Shown here: positions 1-11,100 of the stretch, piece by piece | How the letters are laid out: each line of letters begins with the position of its first letter | Numbering within the stretch: position 1 is the stretch's first letter | NCBI GenBank assembly: GCA_976226885.1 | Contig: OZ320316.1 | Coordinates: forward strand, 88,598,001-88,662,000 | From: Iphione sp. A-MEVVRFRX5 | Lineage: Eukaryota | Length of the DNA: 64,000 nt | Direction of reading: 5' to 3' | Translations under genes and position numbers: made by a program | The notes under the pieces: generated by a model | Seen by the model: only the letters and a program-made list of their open reading frames with translations | What the model was told of the DNA's origin: nothing | The model's database searches: none

Positions 1-1838
1 GTCCTAGGTGTTGTGAAATACAATGTACAGGTAAAATAAGTATTACATATGAACCAGGGGAGCGAAAGAATGATACAGTCGTACTGCAACTGTGGATTAT
101 TACTCAAATAAACATTCTGTGGGGCTCAAACACATATCAATATACAAAAGCCTGTCTGTCTGATTTATTAGTGTGTAGCATGCAAATTAGCAATCAACAT
201 TCATTTCAGTTAAATAGTATTGACTAACCTGTCCAGCTCGGGTACGTTGCTATGTGAATTTTAACGGGTATAGTGTTGTTAAACAGGTGAAAAACCTCAG
301 ACGTTACTAGCCTGGTTATCTGTTGTAATGTATACAGCAATCAATTTGAAATGTACACTCTCGCTTCTGATGTAGGGATGCTGTAGGAACTAATTGATAG
401 CACTGTAACCCTATTTGATATAAAATCTACTTCTGACAGTATCTGTGGTGATTATTGCTTTTTCCTGCAGCAATTCCGTTTAAGAAACTCTAGCTGTATG
501 GGAATGACCCACATGTGCCCAGGCTAGGCTATGATTTACCACAATGTAGCCTAATTAATAAACCTTCCGCTGCGGTTCCTTACGTGAATACAGGTCAAGA
601 CACCAAGCGGAGGGATGCAGCAAAGCCGCACACATTAATAACACCCCCGAAAACGCTGGTCGCGCCGACAATGCCTGCTTGCCGGGGGCCGGCGGCCCGT
701 GCGGATACCCGCTTAATTAATAATTGTGATTCATTGTGTCGGCTGGATTAGGGCTAGGCGGCGTGATTTAGCTCTACGACGAGAGGCAGCATGTCGGCGG
801 CCTACCCACGGACACAAGCTATCCGCCGCTTCGGCAGCCGTCCTATTGTCAGGATTAAGTGTCTGAGAATCATGTCTACTGCCTAGCAACTTTGATCAAA
901 GCATCCCTAGTTGAGCCAATACATCTGAGTCACGACCCGCAGGCCTCGTCTGCAGGCTGAGATCAATTATCCGCTGCTGGCATTTAAGATGGATTGTACG
1001 GTAAATCTCCTGCTTCCACAACGTATAAGCCAGCATTAAGTATATTCTCAACACTAAAAGGAGAATGAAGGGTACCGCAACACCCGCTGGAGAAGCCCCT
1101 CAACATCAAGCAGTCTCGCGTTACAGACCCCCTTCAAAGGGCCCTTATGTGTGCAGCGTTTTACATTTTAAAAATCAAAGGCGCCGAGACTCGCCTGGCG
1201 AAACTTTTTTTCATGTCTCTAAAAACAACATGGCCGGGTCTCTGGCAAGCGCCTTGTGATGACTGATCATTAACTTCCCGAGCGTGTACATCTGCGTGTG
1301 CATACACTTTGATTGCTAGCCTAAAGTATATGTGCATGTATTTGTATGTGGATTCCATTCCGCTTTAGTAGACGCTAGCAGTGTTCGGCATGTCTTCTTC
1401 AGTGAGAACAGTCGCAATGATTAATTCATATACATAGTAGGCGTTTTTACCGTGAACCTTTTTGAATGTTTGCCGTCTTTCATGTCGCTTTGTCTCCCCG
1501 TATGTCAAATCGTCCATCATCTCCCCTGTCGCTCTACTCTATATTTGGTTTTCTCTATAACCTTCACTGTCATATCTTTTCATTAATATCTATTAACCTG
1601 CATCAAATACACCGATGTTATATTCTGAATATTCTTCAGAAAGAATAATTTGTCAAGGTAGCATTGGCTAATCAGCTTTTATCACGGAGACAGGCTGCGG
1701 GATATTTACGATGTGTGAATGAAGGTGTAATACTACTGAATCCAGAGTTCATTCACGCCGACTTCTCTCTGCTGTAGTGCCTTAGGGGAATGCGTTACTT
1801 TAGTCATATTCTGCGACAATAGACATTGAGAAACTTAC

Positions 1839-2034
1839 CATAGGGGGGCGGCGGAGGCTGGCTGTCATTGGGCGTTGCAGCGTTGCCATGGTGATGATGA
1901 CTGGCCCCGTGGTTGTCGCCGTCCTCGCTAGGTCCACGGCCCGAGTCGGTGTTCGACATGTCGGCTGAGCAGCCCGAGGCAGAGTCCGAATCAGCCTGCG
2001 GCTCCTGCATCATCCTATGTAGGAGTTGATGTAC
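1839..2034 (-). CDS. Protocadherin coding exon 3 (cytoplasmic; VHQLLHRMMQEPQADSDSASGCSADMSNTDSGRGPSEDGD...QPPPPPY)
   Basis: Strong acceptor gatttcctctgttatttcctctag|GTA (phase 0) and donor ATG|GTAAGT (phase 1). Encodes DSGRGPSE, which resembles the DSGxG-containing CM1 motif of delta-protocadherins. The next exon is not recognisable in the window. Confidence 0.85.
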
Positions 2035-4849
2035 CTAGAGGAAATAACAGAGGAAATCCTTATGCAAACTCTTCTGGCTTTTGTGGCACTTCCTTCAGAG
2101 AAACCATCGAGCAGGCTACACAGATATGCCCTTGTCATAAAAATGTAAATGCATCCCATCAATGTTCTCCTTACAGAGGCCGCCTTTGTTTTTGTTTTCC
2201 CAGTCATAGCCATCGCACACCACTACAGTCAGTTATACCTAAGTGTATTATCCTACAAACCCTTTGGTATGTATGAAAGAAATGCATTTATAAATACATG
2301 ATAGACCCTTAGCTTTGACTATCAGACAAGGGTAGTACGGCGAGAGGGGTTACCACATGCCTTTAATCTCAAGCAATACGTCCGCTTCCTTTATGTAAAG
2401 TACGTAACTTTCAATAGAGTGTGGGTACATGATAATTTGAACGGGACCTTTCGGTACCCATTCAATGCCTGGCACTGACTGCGATGTTGCAAGGACACGT
2501 GAGAACAGATTTCTGTCCCGTTAAGCGGGACACGAATGGCTGGTGCCGTTCTTTGGAAATAGACGCTTCGTATTAAACGTTTAATCTAGCATGTCAGCAA
2601 GTTTTATGAGCGTTATCGCGCCTCCTGCCACCCATCGCTTGTGTTGACTGATGCAAATGCACAGGGAAGCTTACTGGCTTTCTTCTTAAAAAAAGGAAAG
2701 AACTCGTCTGCTCAGATAATGGCGTTTTCGTGAGAAAATATCACCACCTCGTTTAGACGCTTCAATCGCTTTTTGTGAGACATCACTTGATCTAGCCTCG
2801 ATTCGTTCTCCTTTTATAGGACGTTTATTCATGGAAAGCACTTCAGTTAAGGCGACGCGAAAGCTAAGGCGGTCTGCCTGCAGAGAAACATTGATTGTCG
2901 AAGCTACTACTGTTGGTTGTGCAAATGTATACGTTGCGGATAGCCGATATTGAAACATCACCTTTTGCTGTGGTAAATCCAGCGAAAGGGCGACTTCTTC
3001 CAGAAAACACATATACACCTGTATAGAAGAACTTCATACATGACCCGAAGAACCTGTCTTTATCTGGGTTCTGATATTAGTCACTGTTGAGTTCCAGCCG
3101 AAAGTTTCGTCATTTCTACCTGTGTATTTTTAGCCAAGGAGCAGTGATGCTGGCACAAAGAGCAACATTCTAAAGCCGGCCTCGACCCTGCTTGTTTCCA
3201 ACGCGGGATCCTCTAATCTGCACCCGTATTGAAAAGGGACGGGAGAAGAGAGAAAAAGACCGCAATTCAATTACTAGGTTACATCAGGCTAGGGCTAGCC
3301 AATACGCTGGCATATTGGTAAAACCCATCTTTTGATGGAAAGGCATTTGAAAAAGAGAAAGGAGGTAGTGTACTGCCTTTATAACCAAGTATTAGAGAAA
3401 ACAGCGAACAAACTGACGCTTTAATTCTCATGAATTTCAGCTTCTTCCTGGAGGATTCTGTTCCCCAGCAATTTGTTTTTCCCTCCAGTAAGGATACATA
3501 ATGCGCCCAGTAATACCAAAGGAGTCACAAATTACGTGAAAAATTAAACGAGTGTTTTCTACAAGGAACAGGGCGACTGTGTGATTTACAAAAAATCGTT
3601 TCTCTATACACATTAAAGGATTAAAATCAAATTTTCTTTTTTCTCCCAAGAGTGTGATTCCAAATATCGTCTTAAGTACACTTTTTTCTCTTATCAAACA
3701 TAACTCTATCACAGTGCTAAAACATAATATGGCGGTCTTTGTTGCGTGAAGAAGTCTGTTTCATCGTACGGCCCCGGTGCAATACTAATCACGTTGATCA
3801 CCAGGCCTTCGTGGAGAGCTAGTGTGCCGCTCAGTCACTTACACACGTAGGTTTAGGAGCGGATGCCCAGGGTAATGCGATCGGGGCGTAGGTAATCGCC
3901 TACGTTGGTGTCAGCCTTCTCACTGAGATTAGAAATCAGTTCGGCACCTGTATATTTTAAAATTAGTATCCCCAAAGCTTCCCCAAACAGTAAAACAGAC
4001 GGGCCAAGGCTGTGGTAAACACCTTTTTTTTTCAGGGCGTTCTGCCTATCAGTATACGTTGTACGCAAGCCGCGGCCTATATTCAGTAGGAGGAGTGTAC
4101 GGCATATTGTTTAGGGTGGTAGGGTCTACACCCGTAGTTGACAACACCCACACTATATGCGTGAACGGATACAATCTTATGACATTAGGGCAGGACAGCC
4201 AGACGGGGTAATACGAGCCGCAGCATCATATAATAGCATTACGAATGGCATTGTAGCGTGATAGAACGCTCCGATGCCGCCGAGGGCCCAACCAAAACTC
4301 ACTTACAAGAACCTGCTCAAAATGGTATGAGTGCGAAGGGCCATAATGTAGCAGGTTCCCCTCGTGTTGGAGACAGATTAGAATCACTGAATCCAATAGG
4401 CTTGTTAGTAGGGTCGGCAAAGGAAAACAAATAAAATATATTTGCAACGGCTTTGCTGCCAGGAGGAAAATGTGTTGTAGTATTTATAGCATACATCGCT
4501 GTGAAAAGGCCAGTCCGGTACGTTATGAGTGTATATTTACTTGTAAATATATAAAGATGTATTCTTTCTTTAGCGCGTCCTCAAAGTTTAAAATATATCA
4601 CAGAAACACTGATGGGATGATGACAAAGGCATTTCAATACATAAAGTAAAAGTTGAGAATATCTTGTGAATTACACCTATAATATTACTTTTTTTTCTCG
4701 TATGAAATTACAAGAAGTAGTAATTGTCTTTACATACGACTACATTATTCATTATGAATTGTGACACTGCCAGACTATGAAATGTTGCGGTTATATGAAA
4801 ATTAAAGAATCAGAAGTATAAAGTAACCCGTACTCACTCGCTTACCCAC

Positions 4850-5161
4850 CTCTAGGTCTTTCTGCGTTAAGGCTGCCGAAGGAGAGAGAGGGTGTTGGGG
4901 ATCATACGCCATTCGATGTCGAGGTAGGCTCTGATAACGTGGCTCTCTCGGGTCGCCGGGCGCCTTCACCGTTCGAGGACACGTGTGGGGGTCCTCGGGT
5001 GCAGGGGGAGGAGGTGGTTCTCTGTCCCTGCCCAACTCCAGTTCGCGATCCCTTTCCGATTCGGCTACATTTCTCTCGTGCTGTGGGCAGACGGGCTGAT
5101 CCTGGTAACGGAAGGTGGTCATTGGGCACTCTTCCGGCCGTGTTGTCCGACCATCCGATTT
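4850..5161 (-). CDS. Protocadherin coding exon 2 (cytoplasmic; KSDGRTTRPEECPMTTFRYQ...TQKDLE, 104 codons)
   Basis: Acceptor tttgtcttcgttttcgatatgcag|AAA (phase 0, matching the exon-1 donor), an open Pro/Glu/Arg-rich frame, and donor GAG|GTGGGT (phase 0, matching the exon-3 acceptor). Alternative boundaries are listed under findings. Confidence 0.8.
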
Positions 5162-8100
5162 CTGCATATCGAAAACGAAGACAAAGGTTTGTAAGAATAT
5201 GTGTACATCTGGCCATGAATATAACAAAATCAATGTGAGTAGTTCCACCGTATAAAGTAAATATACCGTGGTACACAGAGGAAAGCCAGCTGAATACAGG
5301 GTGTACTGAGGTACATCCCTGTGATATCTTCATTTGATGCACTTCCGGCCGATGTCTGTGCCTTAGTTGCATTGAACCATTCGATGAAAGCGATCTCGAA
5401 AGTTCATTGCGAAAGTACCAACCTCTGCTTGTTAAAGGCAAAAGACCAACACTGAGAAGCAATTTCAGATATGGATTAAGCGGTGAGTTGCAGTGAATTG
5501 ATCCGGGAACCACTGGCGGACGTGCTAGATAGTGATAATTCATTTCTCCACTTGCTATTTAGCAGGAAGATGATCATTCACCCACCTATCAGCTAAGTTC
5601 AAGAAGGCCCCCTGCCGACCAACCTCTTCTCCCGCAGTTCCAATCGGTCTTGGCGATAGGTACCCAAAAAGGCAGGTTAATTTTAGGCATTCTCACTGCC
5701 TCCGGGCCTTTGAAAGTGGATATCTGACCGTTGCCAGAGCAGATGTCACCAGGATAGTAGGCGATTCATTGATCAGCACCCAATATCATCTTCCCAAGTG
5801 ATAACAGTACCACACTTGGCGCCCTTAACAAGGCTAGCCGCAGGAAGTCAATATCAAGGTTGGAAGGGACCTCTGCAATCGACTGTGGTCGCTTATAGTT
5901 TGATACGCCGGCGAGCCGCGGTGCAGGGACGCCAACACGTTCGTCATCTTTATTGTATAATTCACCCGGGCCAATATGAAGTCGAGGAGAAATCCGCAAA
6001 GATCAGGAATCAGACACGCGCGAAACCCTGTCGATTCATACAGGGAAAGTCGCATTTGACGCTGCCGTCAAATGAAAGTGGGCGCCATTGCAGACAAGCA
6101 GAGACATCTGTCAAAATGACTTCGTTGAGATTATAGCTAAGACGACCAATCTATGGGTTCAAGGGAGAAGAATGCAAAGTAAAGTTTTTATTCTAGATAT
6201 GGTGATCAGCTAATAAAATACGACCAGTTAAGTCTACATCCTGTGAGCCTGTCCATAAAAATATAATTAAAATTCGACAATATATCACTGTTCTTTGAAG
6301 GTTCCTTTCTGCAGTTCCGTGATATAGTTAATGTATTGCACAAGAAGAAGTGGCAGTAACCATGGTAAAGGCAATAAAGGCTGACATGACTCTCTTTTGG
6401 GTAAGAACAAAATGAACCAGAGTAAAACAGCTTTACCATTAATTAACGACGTGACCGGCTTGGTGCCTGTCTTAATCCTCTGGTTCATTGGGTTCTGCTA
6501 AGAGCAAACCTGTCCTAAACGCAAATCTTCGGAACGACAATGGTTTTCCAATCACCAAGGGAATATCTAAAGAGCGGGACAAATATGAATGACGTAAAGT
6601 TGAAGTGATATGATGGATGGGATTCGATAATAGTCTTACTTTAAGCTCGTTAATTTCCTTTCGTTATAGGAAGGCAGTGATAGGGCTCGTGATGGAAAGC
6701 GAATTGGATAAACTATAATCCTCCTTATATAGATGATTAGGTGTTTTGCGACTAATTCTATCTGATTTCAGGAACCCAGCACCCAGTACGTAGAGGACGA
6801 GTCTTGAAAAAGTGGCAGTCTGTACTCCCAAGAAACTTGCTTTGTTGCTCACTTCCCATACACGTACTTGAAAATGTCCTCACGTGCCAGTTGTGTTGAC
6901 AAGTTCCCCGGATGGCCGTGGAGGCCGAGTCCTGTGTAAATGACCAGTTCTAATCGGGCATGATCCGTAAACCTAATGAGGCACGCTGCTCTTATTTGGC
7001 TGTTGATAGAAAATCTATGACGCCACCTGAGAGTAGCTCACAAAGAATGGAGAGTAGAAAATACGAGCAGTCACTGGCCTTTTTGCGGCAGGTTTTCCGT
7101 TGAAAACTCGAGCACCTCTTTGTACCACATCTAACTCTAACGAGGTGGCGGAAAATTTTGCAAGATGATATGTTTGGTGAATATCATGGCCTCGGTTCCA
7201 CTTCCGATGCTCTTTATTTATCTCTAGATAAGTAGCGCACTACGAAGAAGTATATTTACTGACGACGAAGTCACCCTTTACGTCCCAACATCTCAGTAAG
7301 CACTGCAATTATTGATCCGTTTACGATCTGATGGTCTTGATTTGAGCATGTGCGACCGGCTCTCTCGCTGAGTAGGCGGTGCGAGCCTATTGAGCGCATG
7401 CAGCCATGCTCTTTTCTAGGCCAGGTTCTGAAAATGGCCGGGAGGGGAAGCGAGCGTAGAGGCAAAAGGATGGATGCGGAAAAGGGAAGCGTATAAAAGG
7501 TGGGTGGGTGGGAGTGAATGGGGTGCAACCAGCGCTCCAAGATGCTAATGTCCTCATCTGGACATGAGAGCTCGCTGAACCGATTTTTCACCCAAATGTG
7601 GCAGTCTCGTATATGACCGCTCATACCGGGGCGACCAGGGCGAGGTCATAACCCACACTTAGAAATACATGCACATTGTTCCTAGTGCTCTTTTTCGCCT
7701 TGACAGCTAAGAATCCATCACACTGATGACCTTAATTATGTCGTATGACAATGGTTTTATTATAGCTGCATTAGTTACAGTTGTCAGAAATAGCTTTTTT
7801 TTGTGTGCCTCGATGCTGATTCTGCGGAAATTGCCAATATTAACCGTGTTTTCTTCTCTGTGTGCTTGTAGCAAAGTTCATAGAAACCTGAGTAGCGCCG
7901 TTGTATGCGCATGTTTTAGGGAAGTAGATTGAGTCCAACCAATTAATGACTATGCTGCATCACACTGAAATGGAGGGGCGGGGGCAGGGTTCATGTATCC
8001 ACCTGTAAAATATTAATCAACCTGTCTCTAGGTTGGCGGCCACCTGCTGTTCCTGCTGGTTGATAATGATTGCCACGCTAAATAGGCTCGTGTCTCTCAC

Positions 8101-11100
8101 AAAAGTCCCTTCATCTTGGCATAAAGACTACTGGGGGTACGCTGCTGTGGTACTAAGTAAAGCCTGGATGTTTCTCGACGGTCGGAAAAAGCATTACATT
8201 CATTTCAGGGCTGTTGTATTTAACTAAAATTAAATTGCCTTAGTAGAGTTTCAAAAACATCTTTGCTTGGGAAAACGGCTCAGACAGATAACCCTGCAGC
8301 TGAACGCTTTCATCGATCGCAAAACGTTCACATAAACAACCTTAAAGTGTCTGCACGAGGCTTGTGTTTGATGTAAGGTCTGTCGAATTGTCAAGTAAAA
8401 CCACCAATTGACTGACAGACCAATAGCAGGCGTCAGGGAGGGCCTCCAGAACGCCGCCGGCCCTTGACTGGGGATGCGGATGCTGGGCACTGGGATGATG
8501 CAGACGGGATACGAGAACAAATGTTGTCTCTGTAAATGTTTACTGAGTAGGCCTCCGAGACCCATTCAACGACACTGTCTTTTGGTCGATGATCATTTGT
8601 CATGGATTCTCCCACCGGACCTGGGAGAGACAAAGCTTGTGTGTCTGATGATGCAGGCGACTGCGTCATCGGCCTTCGGGCCTTGTCATATTTCTTGAAT
8701 TAAAAACCATGCTTAAGCTATTGCCGTGCCTCCCTGCACAGACGGTCTAAAAGACAGGGTGGGGCAGCCATTATCTTTCCAGCCGCGGGCTAGGTGTAAA
8801 TCCAAACACTTTTGGTGGCAATTACATTTGGGGCCCGACGCCTCGACGAGCGGTCACTTCATTGATGCACCGGAAGTGAATTAAGCCTCCCTGGTTTCCC
8901 CAAGCACTTCCGCTCCAAACAAAGGTCGACTGACGCCAGATCACGTGATCTTCCTCTCACCACACGGGGTCCTTCTAATGAATGTTGGCGATGATATAGG
9001 AGTAGGGCGAGGTTGAGTTCCCACGGCTAAGCGACTGGCATGCGAGTAGACGTGTGGCATAACTAAACCTCGTCCCCTTCATCGGGAGGAATTACATAGA
9101 AAGAGTGCCAGCCGGAGATGCTTGATCATGTCAGGCCATGCGATACTTATTGGGCCAATCAGCAGCGTGTACGCGCACGGGGAGTTGAGCACTCAATGCG
9201 ATAGCCCGAGCCATTAGTGTCATTGAGTCTGACTACTGAGCCAGGGTAGACGGCTACTTTCTTATGTGGCCGAGTATTAACGCCTAGCTGGTCAGATCGC
9301 CGTGATTACTACCAGGTCATTGCATCTGGGCCGTAGTGGCCCACCGATCACCACTATCAGCGCCAGCAGGCGCGCACGTTCCCTGTGACCCAGCGTGGGC
9401 ACTACCCAAGCATTCTACGGCCATCCACGAAATCTCTGGCACTGCATCTCTGCTAGGCAGCGACGAATTCTAAGTATCGTGCGAGCCGATCTGACAACCT
9501 ATGACATACAGCGACAATATTCCTGTGAAGCTGCATGAACGCTTGTAGCATATCCTGATGAACATGGAGCCATTATTGACATTATCCCACCAACCATGAT
9601 GAAGACCTGTGTGTCAGCCGGTATTGGCTGGGCCAGCCAATAACTACCCGTCTACGTGCGCATTCTATCGATACAGACCGTGTCACCTTAGATCTCAGCA
9701 AACAGGACCACTGCAGCTGGGTGGGAAATGATTACTACATATCAGAGAGGTAATAATACTTGCAGAGTAGTCGGCCTCTCCCAAACTAGATATTTGGTGC
9801 AGCTCAAGTACGGATGTCTCTGCGCCTTTTTGAATGGGACCACCATACTGTTTACTGGTTATATTGATCACTCTAAACACCCCAGGCACAGAGAACGTTT
9901 ATTTCGTGGCATCAATACGTGTGATTACATGGCAAAGAGATAGGGGACACTGGCAGAAAGGCAGGCCCTAAGTTTTACATCTTCTGTCGAGTATGACATT
10001 CCCGTGGATTTGATACGATCTTTGCCGATTGGAAGGAAGCAATATATGCCTCCCGCCGCCAATTTTAAAGGGAAGCCTTATCAGATTCAGTTGTATTGTT
10101 TTGCCATAAACAGAAGCCGGTGCTCTTGAAAAAGAAGGCCAACATTAAAGGAATGCCAGTCTGGTGCCAGGACACACATCTATGCCTGTTTATGTAGAAA
10201 TAATTTTAAATCTATAAAGCAAATGCTGCACGTGCTTCAAATAGTTAAACTCGAAAGATACGTTCAGAAAAGCGAGCGATTCTGCCCATTTCCGTGGTGG
10301 CTATTATACACATCTATGTGAGGGCGAGACCATCTAACTACATACATGTACATGCAAATCATTCAACTATCTGCACGTTCGCCGATAAAAAGAATGTGTA
10401 GTTTTAGTCGAAGAGCGTCGTCCCGAATAAAGAAAGAATTTACTTGACGTCGTTCGTAATAAACAGTTTTCACCAACGTTTTCCTAACTTAGTTATTTTA
10501 CCGGTAGACTCGAGCTTGGTAGGTTGCCACCTGGACAGAGGTTGATGAGGTTGCACGATTTGTCACCCATTGCTTCTCATTTTATCGCCCACTGATCTGG
10601 TGTAGCTGTAATAATAGCCTAATGAAAGACGCCTCGCCCCTGATCAGACTGTCAACTCGGCCATATTCTGATTATATCTCTTCTAGAGATATGGATGAGG
10701 TCTCTCTCCAATACGGACGTTATCGCAGATGTGGGTTGTCATAGCGGCAAAGAAAAATGATGAGGGAGGATACAGGGAGCCACCGTTATTGCACTGCCCC
10801 GTTCCGAGGCCAATCGCAAATCAGCAACCTCACAACAGGACTGCGCAGTAACTTCAGCAAAAACGAGCTAACCCTTTATATATAGGGGCATATATTGGTC
10901 CTTTCAACACATGAAGGGCAGCTGGGAAAATAAGAGAAAGGCTTATTGTTCGTGACGGGGCATGTGATATAATGGGCAGGCGAATGGTACCAAGTTTAGA
11001 TCTACACGGGGAGTTGTGCGCCGTAGTCACATTAATTTGGCGGCGTAGCAGGTTGTCTGAGGAGCGCAGCAATGTTCGATCCTCAGGCTACACCTCCTGG

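Noticed and set aside
880-1220. Candidate next coding exons after exon 3 (acceptors at ~1054 and ~1218)
   Set aside because: Phase-1 translations give an immediate stop or an unconvincing peptide without CM2-like motifs. The true exon probably lies outside the window.
4902-5543. 213-aa minus-strand ORF
   Set aside because: It overlaps coding exon 2 in another frame, has no recognisable domain and has a random-like composition.
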